Below are positions 37,973-47,890 of a stretch of 54,091 nt of DNA, in pieces. The notes under the pieces were generated by a model. The model saw only the letters and a list, made by a program, of their open reading frames with translations. It was not told the DNA's origin and ran no database searches. Origin of the DNA: Chlorobiota bacterium (GTDB taxonomy: Bacteria > Bacteroidota > Bacteroidia > JAADEI01); contig JAADEI010000081.1 in NCBI GenBank assembly GCA_013153515.1, positions 1-54,091 on the forward strand, written 5' to 3'. Position 1 is the first letter of the stretch, and the number at the start of each line of letters is the position of its first letter. A program made the position numbers and the translations under genes.

Positions 37973-40062
37973 CGCAGGATAATTTTAGCCACTGAATAGT
38001 TGTCCACTGGTTTGCCGGGTTCCGGATGTTGCCATACTACAAGCCCTCCCGACGGGTTGCCCTCCACAACAACCTTTAAGCCAACTGTATTGAGCAGGAA
38101 GATAGCGTCTGAGAGAGCCAACCCTCTCACGTCAGGAACTATGTTTGGATTGATGGCATCCATTGACAGTGCGGAATCTGCTTTGACGGTTATCCACTTT
38201 CCTTCCACTGTCGGGAACTCAGCCCATTCAAGCAACTGGCTCACTTCATCGCCATATCCCCCGGCAATCAAAGGCATTTTCCGTGTCGTGTCCTTTTTCA
38301 ACACTGCTATGGCGTCCACAATGGGATATTCAGCGTTATATCTGGCGATTAGCCTGTCTGCTATTTTTCGGACTGCCGGTGCCGCTACCTGACTGCCGTA
38401 ATAGCCCCGTCTGGGCTTGTTAACCACAACAATAACACTATAGATTGGGTTGTCAGCGGGAAAGAATGCTACGAAACTGGACTGGTAAACTTTCTTATAC
38501 CCGCTTTTGTCTTCTGCGATAAGGGCAGTTCCTGTTTTGCCGGCAATTGGGAAATAAGGGTTTTTGATATGCTTTGCAGTGCCACTCTCCACTACCTCCT
38601 TCAGTGCTTCAACGGCTTTTTCTATGCTTTCAGAAGATGCTATGTCATCAACCAAAACTTCTGGTTCAAATTCCTTGACGACCATTCCCTCTTTTGCAAT
38701 AGCGGAAACCAGCATTGGCTTCATTATTCGTCCGCCGTTAGCCACGCCGTTATAGAAGGTTAAGGTTTGCAGTGGTGTCAACTTGACTTCGTATCCTACA
38801 GCCATCCACGGCAGCGTTGTTCCGCTCCACGTCGGGTCATTGACGTTTTTGATAATGGGTTCTGGCTCTCCAAGGATGGTAACACCTGTTTTCTTGGTTA
38901 GTCCGAACCTTTTGAGATATGAGATGAACTGTTGTGGGTCGTCGCCAAACTCCCTGTAGATAAGCCTGCTAATGCCCACGTTTGAAGACTGTGCAATGGC
39001 TTCTTTCAGTGTGATAATGCCTTTTTTTACTCCCGGTGCGTCTTTCATTAATCTATTGTAGAACTTATATGTGCCATTGAAGACGTTTACCGTGTCATCA
39101 AGGGAATAGCCCTGTTCCAAGAGTGCAAGCAGTGAAGCCAATTTGAATGTTGAGCCGGGTTCGTTCCTCTCTCCAACGCAGTAGTTATATAGTTCCCAAT
39201 ATGAACCATCTTCTGTCCTGCCCAGATTAGCCATTGCCCTAATCTTTCCAGTGGCTACTTCCATAACTATGGCACAGCCGTGGTCTGCTTCGTGTTTCTG
39301 AAGAGTTTGCAGAAGGACGTCTTCAACGATGTCTTGAATGTTAGGGTCTATTGTAGTGATTATGTCATAGCCATTTTCGGGATGTTCCAGTTCTCTGAAG
39401 GGAATCCATGTTCCGCCGGGAATCAACTGCATTATTTCTTTCCCGGGCTTTCCTCTTAGATAGTTGTCAAAATAGCCTTCAATTCCGACTGGTGGAATGC
39501 CGTCCCTGACATAGCCAAGTGTTCTGTGGGCAAGAATTCCGAATGGATAGAAACGCTTGTTTTGTGTTATAACAATCATTCCGCCTTTATACCTGCCTCT
39601 GCGAAGGATTGGGCATTGCTTCAATTGTTTTAGTTGCAGAAAATCCAGTTTCTTACCAATAAGGACATATCTATTCCCTTTTTTGCGAGCCTGCTCAAGC
39701 CTTTGTTTTATGCGAACAGGGTCTTCATCCGTTACCGATGCTATGCACATGGCAAGCGAATCCAGTTTTGAGTAGAACAGTTCTTGAGAGATGCCTTCCG
39801 CCAATGGGTCCATACGGACTTCAAACCGAGGGATTGACGCCACGAGTAGGGATCCGTCCTCTGAGTAAATGTTTCCACGTTCTGGCTCTACAATCTTTTC
39901 CTTGAAATAGACTTTTTGGGCTTTCTGTCGCAACTCATCTCCTTTGATTAAGGTTATATCAATTAGTTTCCATATTATAGCGATGGACAGCAAGATTAGG
40001 AACACGTTCACAATTATCACTCTTCTATAGATGAGCCGTTTCAATGTAGACGCCTGCTCCAT
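37969..40062 (-). CDS. ftsI: Class B penicillin-binding protein FtsI with C-terminal PASTA
   Basis: RGNIYS, EPGSTFK (SxxK), SSN, GKTGTA, PDVRGL...QHPEPG. Confidence 0.93.
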   Translation of the reverse strand: MEQASTLKRLIYRRVIIVNVFLILLSIAIIWKLIDITLIKGDELRQKAQKVYFKEKIVEPERGNIYSEDGSLLVASIPRFEVRMDPLAEGISQELFYSKLDSLAMCIASVTDEDPVRIKQRLEQARKKGNRYVLIGKKLDFLQLKQLKQCPILRRGRYKGGMIVITQNKRFYPFGILAHRTLGYVRDGIPPVGIEGYFDNYLRGKPGKEIMQLIPGGTWIPFRELEHPENGYDIITTIDPNIQDIVEDVLLQTLQKHEADHGCAIVMEVATGKIRAMANLGRTEDGSYWELYNYCVGERNEPGSTFKLASLLALLEQGYSLDDTVNVFNGTYKFYNRLMKDAPGVKKGIITLKEAIAQSSNVGISRLIYREFGDDPQQFISYLKRFGLTKKTGVTILGEPEPIIKNVNDPTWSGTTLPWMAVGYEVKLTPLQTLTFYNGVANGGRIMKPMLVSAIAKEGMVVKEFEPEVLVDDIASSESIEKAVEALKEVVESGTAKHIKNPYFPIAGKTGTALIAEDKSGYKKVYQSSFVAFFPADNPIYSVIVVVNKPRRGYYGSQVAAPAVRKIADRLIARYNAEYPIVDAIAVLKKDTTRKMPLIAGGYGDEVSQLLEWAEFPTVEGKWITVKADSALSMDAINPNIVPDVRGLALSDAIFLLNTVGLKVVVEGNPSGGLVVWQHPEPGKPVDNYSVAKIILR

Positions 40063-40067
40063 CGTGC

Positions 40068-40349
40068 TTACTCAATTACCAATGGTGGTTTTCTCTGCGG
40101 TTTAATCCCTGTTTGTTGAACTCTATGGGCGATTGTTGATTCTTTGCTTTGTTGCATCCATCTGGACAATGTTGTTAGGTATTCCCATCTTTTCTCTTGC
40201 AACTGGATTCTTTTCTTTTGCAGAAGGGCAAGTTTCTGAACTGTTTCATGCACGACCCAAATCCTGATAAGCAAAAGGATTCCGAGGAATAGTAGGAATG
40301 GTGCATAAGCGAAACCAAGCCTTTCCAACCTTCTGACAAGGACTCTCAT
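40068..40349 (-). CDS. ftsL: FtsL-like cell division protein
   Basis: 93 aa; TM followed by coiled coil; between rsmH and ftsI. Confidence 0.75.
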   Translation of the reverse strand: MRVLVRRLERLGFAYAPFLLFLGILLLIRIWVVHETVQKLALLQKKRIQLQEKRWEYLTTLSRWMQQSKESTIAHRVQQTGIKPQRKPPLVIE

Positions 40350-41206
40350 TCTTTTATTTTTTCGGCTATTCTCAATTTAGCACTTCTTGCCCTCCTGTTG
40401 TTTCGGATTTCTTCCTTTGTGGGTATGATGGGTGATTCGTCCAGTTCCCTTAATTTCTCTGAGTTGGCAAAGAACTGCTTTACTATTCTGTCTTCCAATG
40501 AGTGGAACGTAATGATTAAGAGTCTTCCGCCGGGCGAAAGAACCTCCTCGGATTGCTTTAACAAATCTTTAAGGGCATTGAGTTCATCATTAACGGCTAT
40601 TCGCAAAGCCTGAAAGAGCCTTGAATAGAAGCGATTTGGGTTTCCTCTGGCAAATCGTTTGGTTACGGCAACGAGGTCTGCACTGGACACAATGGGTTGT
40701 TTCCGACGAGCCTCAACGATTGCCGTAGCGATAGCCTTAGCAGGCTCTAACTCTCCATATTCAGACAGGATTTCAGCCAATTGGTCAACGGAATACTTTC
40801 TGACTATGTCCTGTGCCTTAATGGACAGGCCTTTATCCATGCGTAGGTCAAGCGGTGCAGGTGTCCTGTAAGTGAATCCTTGAGATACAACATCTAACTG
40901 TGGAGAAGAAACGCCGAGGTCTGCAAGGATTCCATCAACGGGAATCAGTCCAAGGAAATCAAGCCAATTTTTCAGGTATCGGAAGTTGCTTTTTACGAAT
41001 GTGAATCGGTCATCGTCAATAAGGTGTTGTTCGGCAATTGGCGAGACGTCAAAAGCCACGAGCCTCCCTTCCCGACCAAGCCTCTCAAGAATCATACGGG
41101 AATGCCCGCCCAAGCCATAGGTTGCATCTACATAAGTGCCATCAGGCTTAATGTTCATATATTCAATTACCTCTTTTGCCAACACTGGCTTATGCTCCAT
41201 CTCCAT
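40346..41206 (-). CDS. rsmH: 16S rRNA m4C1402 methyltransferase
   Basis: HKPVL, DATYGLGGHS, DLGVSSPQLD, LDLRMD, FQALRIAVNDEL, FHSLEDRIVK, RARSAKLR. Confidence 0.98.
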   Translation of the reverse strand: MEMEHKPVLAKEVIEYMNIKPDGTYVDATYGLGGHSRMILERLGREGRLVAFDVSPIAEQHLIDDDRFTFVKSNFRYLKNWLDFLGLIPVDGILADLGVSSPQLDVVSQGFTYRTPAPLDLRMDKGLSIKAQDIVRKYSVDQLAEILSEYGELEPAKAIATAIVEARRKQPIVSSADLVAVTKRFARGNPNRFYSRLFQALRIAVNDELNALKDLLKQSEEVLSPGGRLLIITFHSLEDRIVKQFFANSEKLRELDESPIIPTKEEIRNNRRARSAKLRIAEKIKE

Positions 41207-41651
41207 TTGATTTGGTCATTACCTCTTCGGCGAGTTTAGCCAGTTCATCAGCGGGAATGTTGAGTGCTTGTTCGTATCTCTCTGGCGACCAAACCTCTAT
41301 TTGCCCGAAGTGTGCGAATAAAACGGCTTCGTTTGTTATTCCAGCATAGTCAAGCAAATGTTTGGGAATAAGGATTCTCTGCATTTTGTCTGGTTGGACG
41401 ACTGTTGCTCCACGAAAGAAATTCCTAATGAACATGCGATGTTTCTGCGAGAAGGGATTAGTGTTTTCTTTGATTTGTTGGACGAGCCTGTTCCATTCGT
41501 CATAGGGATATATAGTCAAGCACTGTTCAAAGCCTCTGTTAATAACGAAGCGAGGGTCTGCACCCTCTGGCAGTTGGCGAAGCAGAGCCACAGGAAGGGT
41601 AAGACGACCCTTGGAATCCAACTTAACCCTATATTCTCCAATCAAGTTCAC
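41190..41651 (-). CDS. mraZ: Division/cell wall cluster transcriptional repressor MraZ
   Basis: LDSKGRLTLP, RGFEQCLTIYP, DKMQRILIP, IEVWS. Likely GTG start at 41651, downstream of the promoter. Confidence 0.95.
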   Translation of the reverse strand: MNLIGEYRVKLDSKGRLTLPVALLRQLPEGADPRFVINRGFEQCLTIYPYDEWNRLVQQIKENTNPFSQKHRMFIRNFFRGATVVQPDKMQRILIPKHLLDYAGITNEAVLFAHFGQIEVWSPERYEQALNIPADELAKLAEEVMTKSNGDGA

Positions 41652-41676
41652 GGTATAATATTTTCCTGTGGCAATA

Positions 41677-41684
41677 CAAAGATA
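41677..41684 (-). promoter_or_regulatory. dcw promoter -7 element TATCTTTG
   Basis: Plus strand CAAAGATA; exact consensus, 25 nt upstream of the mraZ GTG. Confidence 0.75.
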
Positions 41685-41693
41685 AGGTATTTT

Positions 41694-41729
41694 TACCACA
41701 TACTACCACAATATACCACAATATACCAC
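41694..41729 (-). promoter_or_regulatory. Four MraZ-binding direct repeats (GTGGTA, 10-bp period)
   Basis: TACCAC at 41694, 41704, 41714 and 41724 on the plus strand, covering the -33 region of the mraZ promoter. Confidence 0.85.
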
Positions 41730-41742
41730 TAGCCCGCCTAAC

Positions 41743-42756
41743 TCACTGATTCACAAAGACATTCCTGCTTCTTAAAGACCATGCATCCTTTCTAACCTCC
41801 TTTTTGTATCGTTCCAACTTAATGCTCAGAGTTCGTTTGTTATGAGCCGTGTCCACAGCCACCCTCCACCGTCCTTTGCTTTTAAGGATTGTTGCGGAAG
41901 CATATCTCTGTTTGTGAAGTTTGCCAACGTGTTTCTGAGCAGAAGGCGAATCTGGATACGACCCAACAATGATGTAATAGACAAATTCTGGTTCTGTGGA
42001 TGGTTGTTGTTTGGGTTCCTGCTTGATTGCCTCTGCAGTGTCTCCAGTTATTGGTTCTGAAGCAAGCGAGTCAGGTTGCCCGATAGAGTCTGTATGCAAG
42101 GAATCTGGTTTAAGTGCGAGGGAATCTGAGATAGAGTCAGCGATGAGTGAATCCATAACTGCATCAAGGGAATCTTCTGTTTGTTGAAGCAAGACATTTA
42201 TCATTGAATCCACGAACCGAGGGTCAAGGGAAGGCGAGTCAACTTTGGGTTCTTCCAAGCCAAGTAACACCTTCCAAGAAGTGTTATAATTCTTGAATTG
42301 CCAAGCGAGAAGCCCAACAAGGGCAAGCAGAATCAGGAATAAAAATGTTTTGAACCAAGGGAATCCCGAGCGAGATGGCTTAACCACTGGCAACTCCTTG
42401 GCTTGGGGCAGGAATGCCTGTTCAATAGCAACTAATGGGGCTTCCTGAATAAATTCAATCTTTTTTCCAGTTCTTCGTAGGATTCCTATTGACCCGACAG
42501 GGATGGGTTCCTTCTGAATTTGCTCAAGGACTTCGTTTATCTCCTGTTCAATTATTTTTTTAGCGGTTTCCACACCGATGCCTCCCTTCGCCAGCACCTT
42601 GATTAGTTCAGGGGAAGTTTCGGCGTTGGGGTCGTAGTCGAACTGCACGATAATCTGTCCGCCTTTCCTAACAGGTTGGAAGGAACCCAAACCTTTGATG
42701 GATACTGTCTTCTCTTGCTTCAATAAAAACTCCAGTGCAGTAAATGTTACTTTCAT
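41743..42756 (-). CDS. SPOR-domain protein with N-terminal HU-CCDC81-like domain
   Basis: N-terminal TVSIKGLGSF, one TM, acidic/Pro linker, C-terminal YYIIVGSY...A..L......A......GRWRVAV SPOR pattern. Confidence 0.8.
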   Translation of the reverse strand: MKVTFTALEFLLKQEKTVSIKGLGSFQPVRKGGQIIVQFDYDPNAETSPELIKVLAKGGIGVETAKKIIEQEINEVLEQIQKEPIPVGSIGILRRTGKKIEFIQEAPLVAIEQAFLPQAKELPVVKPSRSGFPWFKTFLFLILLALVGLLAWQFKNYNTSWKVLLGLEEPKVDSPSLDPRFVDSMINVLLQQTEDSLDAVMDSLIADSISDSLALKPDSLHTDSIGQPDSLASEPITGDTAEAIKQEPKQQPSTEPEFVYYIIVGSYPDSPSAQKHVGKLHKQRYASATILKSKGRWRVAVDTAHNKRTLSIKLERYKKEVRKDAWSLRSRNVFVNQ

Positions 42757-42757
42757 A

Positions 42758-44398
42758 TCAGAAAGATAGGGCAAGTCCACCAATCACACGGGTTCCAAAT
42801 GCCTTGAAGGGATACCAAGTGTAATACTTGCCAGAGATAAAGTTTTCCAGTTTGAGGTATATGCCACCGTTCTCAAAGACTTTGATGTCTGCTTTAAGCA
42901 GTGAAGTGAAAGCGATGGGGTCAATGATTAGTTTCCCAGTGGGGTCGTATCCCAAATAGCGTTGCCCGAGGACTTTAACTTCAGTGGAAATGGCGAGCCA
43001 CTGGGGGATTGGCTCAGTGGAAGCGAGGAAAGAGACTGTCCATCTGGGATGAGAGAAGGGCAGTGTGTCGCTCATCCGATAGTCAAAATACTCACCTTTG
43101 ATTTCAAAGTAGTTATATGAAGTCCATTGATAGGTTGCTTTGACGGCGAAGTTGAGCACATCGGCTTTTGAGTCATATATAATTTTTTGTTTGAGTTGGT
43201 TGTCCACATAAGTCCAGTGCCATGTTCGGAAGTTCCTATATCGTCTGAAAGTGAATGTTCCTTCCAGTTTGAGAGCGTCCAGAGGGAAGAATCTGAGTGA
43301 AGCGATGCTTGTGATGTAGTCAGTTGGTTTAAGGGGCATGTTGATGTCAAAATAGGGGTTTTCAAGAAAGAGGTCTTCCAGAGCGTTTGGTTCAACGGCA
43401 CCACCGAAATAGGCATAATAAGAAAGTCGGTCGTTAATAAGGATTTGTTCGCTATAAATGTCAGGGATTAGATACACTGTGTCGCCAATAACTGGTTTTA
43501 TTCCCACGTGCAGAATGATGCCCTTTCTTCCTCTGAATTCGTAATACGGATTGATTTGCCAAAAGATTCTCTGTTGCCTTGGGACACCGACCAGAACGTC
43601 AAAGTATGTTCCCAAGCCGAAGTAGTGTCCCTTATTGATGTGTCTAATCCCACGGGCACCTACCTGAGCCCTAAACTCTGTTTTCTGGGAAGCGAACAGG
43701 CTTATTCTGGCGGGCATCTGCAGGGTTGTCCAAGAAAGTGGGATTGATGCTCTTGCCGAGGCGTCCCACCTGTGCACTAACGGTCGCTTGACAAACTGGG
43801 ATGCTTGTATTGTGTCGCCAAGGGCTTTAATGAAGGTTGTGTCATAGGGGTATGGCACGTAGTGGGCGATGTAGTTAGTTCGTGTCCACAGGTCGGCGGA
43901 AGCAAATAGGTTCTGGAAGTAGTGTCCGCCAGAGATTCTGAATTGAGTGTTTTTCTGCAAGGGATAATCTTTTCCAGAGGCGGAAGAGAGACCTGCTTCT
44001 GCGAACCAGTATTCATCGCCTTTTCGGGGCGTCGCTACGCCGACAAGGACTTCATAGGACGAGAGGTTTCCGAATCCAGCCCGAGCATAGAACGTTTTTG
44101 CTTTGGGTAGTTTCTCACGGGGGGCACGCAACGGCGGTAATGTGTCTGGTCTGAAATCTATTTCCATATCGTGTTTTGCCTGTCTGTATCGGGCATCTAC
44201 CGGCGGGGGCTTTATAGGCGTGATTCGTGGACTGAACGATAGGCGTTTTGACTCAGCGACCCAAGGTCTGTATTCCTTTACTATGTCCACTTGGACACCG
44301 GGAATTGTGTCCTTTTGTTGGGCATATAGGGGGACGAGCAAAGGAAAGAAGAATCCAATCAGCAGGTTTATTAACCAACTTTTCTGTTCATCCTTCAT
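42758..44398 (-). CDS. Outer-membrane beta-barrel protein (TonB-dependent-receptor-like, no clear plug)
   Basis: Signal peptide ending YAQ; VDIVKEYRP N-terminus typical of this Bacteroidota family; amphipathic strands; C-terminal Phe. Confidence 0.7.
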   Translation of the reverse strand: MKDEQKSWLINLLIGFFFPLLVPLYAQQKDTIPGVQVDIVKEYRPWVAESKRLSFSPRITPIKPPPVDARYRQAKHDMEIDFRPDTLPPLRAPREKLPKAKTFYARAGFGNLSSYEVLVGVATPRKGDEYWFAEAGLSSASGKDYPLQKNTQFRISGGHYFQNLFASADLWTRTNYIAHYVPYPYDTTFIKALGDTIQASQFVKRPLVHRWDASARASIPLSWTTLQMPARISLFASQKTEFRAQVGARGIRHINKGHYFGLGTYFDVLVGVPRQQRIFWQINPYYEFRGRKGIILHVGIKPVIGDTVYLIPDIYSEQILINDRLSYYAYFGGAVEPNALEDLFLENPYFDINMPLKPTDYITSIASLRFFPLDALKLEGTFTFRRYRNFRTWHWTYVDNQLKQKIIYDSKADVLNFAVKATYQWTSYNYFEIKGEYFDYRMSDTLPFSHPRWTVSFLASTEPIPQWLAISTEVKVLGQRYLGYDPTGKLIIDPIAFTSLLKADIKVFENGGIYLKLENFISGKYYTWYPFKAFGTRVIGGLALSF

Positions 44399-47300
44399 CT
44401 ATGGGAATTTCTGTTTCCTGTTCAATGTTTTGTTGTTCCTGTTGTTCAATTTGTTGAAGATAGAAGCGAGCCTCTTGCTTGAGGTCTTCACCGGGATAGT
44501 TATCGATGATGCTTTGCAGGGTTGCCTTGGCTTGTGGGATGTTGCCCTGTTCGGCAAAGATTCTTCCCAGCAGGATGAATGACTTGGCTATCCAGTAGTC
44601 GCTTGCCGGAACGTGGTTGATTAATTCATAGGCTTTGTCATATGCTTTATCTAATTCGCCTTTTCGGAACAGAATTTCTGCAATCATATATCTGGCTTCA
44701 ATTCCGGGTTCCATCTCTGTCTGGTCGGCAACGAATTGGAAGTAGTGAAGGGCACTGTCCAGTTCGCCTTTCTGCCAAAATGATTTAGCGAGCACATATG
44801 AAGCAAGGACTTTATCGTCTGATGTGGCGGCGGAATGTTTGAGCAGGGTTCTGGCAGCAAGGATTGCCGAATCAGGATTATGATTTATCGGGGCTATTTC
44901 CACTGCTTTCCTCAGCAACTGCATAAATTTCTCTTCATCAGAAGCCACTGAGAGGGCATTAACAAGGAGATGGAAGGCTTTCAGTGAATCGCCGGCACCC
45001 AAAGCGGCATCAGCAGCGTTAATCAAACTAATTGAATAGTATGGGTTAGGCTTTCTGGATATGAGGAATTCATAATCTTTCAAAGCATCGCCATACCTGC
45101 CGAGTTTCCTGAGGCACTCAGCCCGATAGAAACGAGCAGTGAGGAAATATCTGCCATTGGGAAATTGTTGTAAATATCTATTAAGGGCATCCACTGCTTG
45201 GTCGCATCTGTCTTGACTGACCAACCACTCTGCCTGTTCAAACAATAAACTTTCTTTGCTTGTGGTATCCATCTTTCCTTTGCCGGGAATCTTCTCAAGG
45301 AAAGCCATATAGCCTTCTGGATTATTCCAATGGAAGTAAATGTCTTTAACTATGGCGAGTGCAGGTTGTGCTTCCGGAGCATCGGGGAAATTGAGCAGTA
45401 GTTGTTCCATGTGATGAAGTGAGGAGTCATAATTACCCAATTGATAATAGATTAACCCGAGATGAGCGAGTGCAGAAGGATATCTTTTATGTGAAGGATA
45501 CTTAAGCACCTTATGGAAAAACTTTTTAGCGAGGGAATAGTTACCCATGTCAAAGGCGTCCTTGCCGAGTTGATAAGCGGCTTCTGGGGCATAGGGACTT
45601 TCTGGGTATTCGTCTAATAGTCTGGTCAGAGCGTTGAATTTCTTTTCAGGCATGTCTTCCTTTCCAGCAATGATTCCGTATTGAAGGAGTGCGTAGTCTT
45701 TCGGAGGAGGTCCTTCCCGAACATAATTTTCAAATGTTTTCAGTGCACGTTTCCACTTCTTTTGAAGGAGTAGGACGTCGCCAAGCCTGAGCCACGCATC
45801 CCTTAAAACCTTTTGCTCATCAGACCCAAGGATTCGCTTTCTGAACAGAGACACGGATTGTTCAAAGTGGGATTCTGCACCCACGAGATTATCGTGTTCA
45901 TAATAAGTGTATGCGATGTTGTAGTGAGCGTTTGCACGGGTAGCGGGAAATGACAATGTGTCTTTGGCTAATTTAGCCAATTGGATGAATGTTGTCCAGT
46001 AGTCTCTTGCCAGAGTGTAATTGTTTTGTTTATATGCCAGTTCGCCGAGCCAGTAGTAAGCCAATGCTTTGAGCCTTATGTTAGCGGATTGAGTAAGGTT
46101 TTGTAGTAGGCGAGCCGCTTCTTTATGCTTCCCTTCGGCAATTAATTGCATAGCGTAATTAAAGGCAACCTGTTCATATATCCGTTCCAATTGTGGATTC
46201 CCGGCTTTCACCTGTTCAAGGAGTGCTATAGCCCTTTGGTAATCGCCCGTGTGTAGCAGTATAAGAGGCAAAAGCCGCTTTAATTCCGTCAGTTCCTTAT
46301 AGTCTGGTTTAAGTGAATCAAGGTAATAAGCCAAAACTTTGACTGCTTCGTTGTATTGTTTAAGGTTGATGAGTGCTTGGAGGAGGTCATAAGAAGCATC
46401 TTTAGCGATTTGTTTGTTTTGTCCTTTTTGTGCTTTGCGTAGCCAGATAAGTGCTTTTTCGGGTTGGTCAGTGGCTATGTAGCATTGCCCGATGTAATAA
46501 GCGGCATATTGAGCGATTGTGTCCTTCTTGTCAGTTACAGGACCCAGATATTCTTCCGCTTCCTTGCATTTTTTGGCTTTGTAGGCGAGGAATCCGGCGA
46601 CAAGCGATTCATAAGGAGCCATTTGCTTGAGATATTTCACATATTCGGATAGATACACAAGTCCTGAATCAGGCTTATTACTAAGCAGGTAGGCATAGGC
46701 AAGCAACCTGTTGGTTTCCCGTCTGAACAGATGATGAACACCCTTTCGGTCTGCCAAGGGACGGGCATAAGAGATGAATTCCGAGAAGTCCCGCTGCTTG
46801 TAGCCTTCAATGAATTTTATCTGTGCAATGTAGAAGGGAACATATTTAGAGAGCCGTGGGTCATTATTGAGTTCTGAGAAGTAGTATAGTGCTTCTTTGT
46901 ATTTGCCTTGTAAGTAGGCTATATAGCCGAGGTAGAATGTTGCAAGTGGGTAATACTCTTTGTTTGCAGGGAATTTTTCATATATCATATAGAACCACTG
47001 CCAAGCGGAACCGAAATTTTTGAGTTTAAAGTAGGAATATCCCATTTTGAAGTAGTATTCGGGCAAGAGGTCATAAGGGAGGAACCGAGGGTTGAGCCGT
47101 TCAAAATATCTAATTGCTTCTGCCCATTGTCTTTTGTAATAATAGACGTCGCCGGCGTAGAAGTGTGCTGAGGCGTGCAACGGCGGGTCTTCTGAATAGG
47201 TTTGGGAGAAGTTGAGGAAGTCTGCTATTGTAGCGGTTTGCTTATGTCTAATACTATGTGCAGATTTCAACACGTCCCGCCTGTAAACAGGGCAATACGA

Positions 47301-47471
47301 TGGCGGTTGTTCCAGTTCGCACGGTTCAAGGATGAGAGGCATATCTGCCAGATGGCGATAGAACACCTGCATTAATTCCCAAGATTCAATGTCATCAAAA
47401 GATGAGGGCAACCTGTGTTGGGCAATCAATCCAAAAGCAACGAACCACAATACGACCAGACGCAATTTCAT
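44388..47471 (-). CDS. Large exported tetratricopeptide-repeat protein
   Basis: 1027 aa, signal peptide, many TPR-like units (AHFYAGDVYY, ATFYLGYIAY, AYYWLGELAY, ARYMIAEILF). Confidence 0.9.
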   Translation of the reverse strand: MKLRLVVLWFVAFGLIAQHRLPSSFDDIESWELMQVFYRHLADMPLILEPCELEQPPSYCPVYRRDVLKSAHSIRHKQTATIADFLNFSQTYSEDPPLHASAHFYAGDVYYYKRQWAEAIRYFERLNPRFLPYDLLPEYYFKMGYSYFKLKNFGSAWQWFYMIYEKFPANKEYYPLATFYLGYIAYLQGKYKEALYYFSELNNDPRLSKYVPFYIAQIKFIEGYKQRDFSEFISYARPLADRKGVHHLFRRETNRLLAYAYLLSNKPDSGLVYLSEYVKYLKQMAPYESLVAGFLAYKAKKCKEAEEYLGPVTDKKDTIAQYAAYYIGQCYIATDQPEKALIWLRKAQKGQNKQIAKDASYDLLQALINLKQYNEAVKVLAYYLDSLKPDYKELTELKRLLPLILLHTGDYQRAIALLEQVKAGNPQLERIYEQVAFNYAMQLIAEGKHKEAARLLQNLTQSANIRLKALAYYWLGELAYKQNNYTLARDYWTTFIQLAKLAKDTLSFPATRANAHYNIAYTYYEHDNLVGAESHFEQSVSLFRKRILGSDEQKVLRDAWLRLGDVLLLQKKWKRALKTFENYVREGPPPKDYALLQYGIIAGKEDMPEKKFNALTRLLDEYPESPYAPEAAYQLGKDAFDMGNYSLAKKFFHKVLKYPSHKRYPSALAHLGLIYYQLGNYDSSLHHMEQLLLNFPDAPEAQPALAIVKDIYFHWNNPEGYMAFLEKIPGKGKMDTTSKESLLFEQAEWLVSQDRCDQAVDALNRYLQQFPNGRYFLTARFYRAECLRKLGRYGDALKDYEFLISRKPNPYYSISLINAADAALGAGDSLKAFHLLVNALSVASDEEKFMQLLRKAVEIAPINHNPDSAILAARTLLKHSAATSDDKVLASYVLAKSFWQKGELDSALHYFQFVADQTEMEPGIEARYMIAEILFRKGELDKAYDKAYELINHVPASDYWIAKSFILLGRIFAEQGNIPQAKATLQSIIDNYPGEDLKQEARFYLQQIEQQEQQNIEQETEIPIDEG

Positions 47472-47526
47472 ATTACGAAATTAAGAATGTTTGTCGTGGT
47501 TTTGGATATTATAACGAAAAAACTGC

Positions 47527-47760
47527 TTACTTGTTATTGGGCTCTCTTGACTCTTTGCTTTTTCTGGCAATCTTTTTCCTGAGTTTATATTCACGTTGGA
47601 AAGAAGAGACGAGGGAATCAATGTATTGGGCTTGGTCCTGTTCAAGATATGCGTCATAGTGTAAGGGTTGTTTAAGCACCTGTCGGGCATAGTATTCCAT
47701 CAAAGCACGAACAATAGGTCTAATGCGACGTCCTAACCTTCGTGATACAATAATGCTCAT
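47527..47760 (-). CDS. Small basic hypothetical protein
   Basis: 77-aa ORF heading the TPR operon; near-consensus TATCTTTA a few nt upstream of the ATG. Confidence 0.5.
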   Translation of the reverse strand: MSIIVSRRLGRRIRPIVRALMEYYARQVLKQPLHYDAYLEQDQAQYIDSLVSSFQREYKLRKKIARKSKESREPNNK

Positions 47761-47890
47761 TGTTAGTAAAGATATAACATTTTCGGCAATTGCGGAAAGA
47801 GATTAATGCAACAAACGATTCAAATTATACATTTCTTATAAGGAAAGTGCGTTTTGCTTAATATATTAGCATCCAGAAAACCACATAATA

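Noticed and set aside
41694-41729. TACCAC repeats as DnaA boxes/oriC
   Set aside because: Only 6-7/9 match to TTATCCACA, no unwinding element, and position and period match MraZ boxes.
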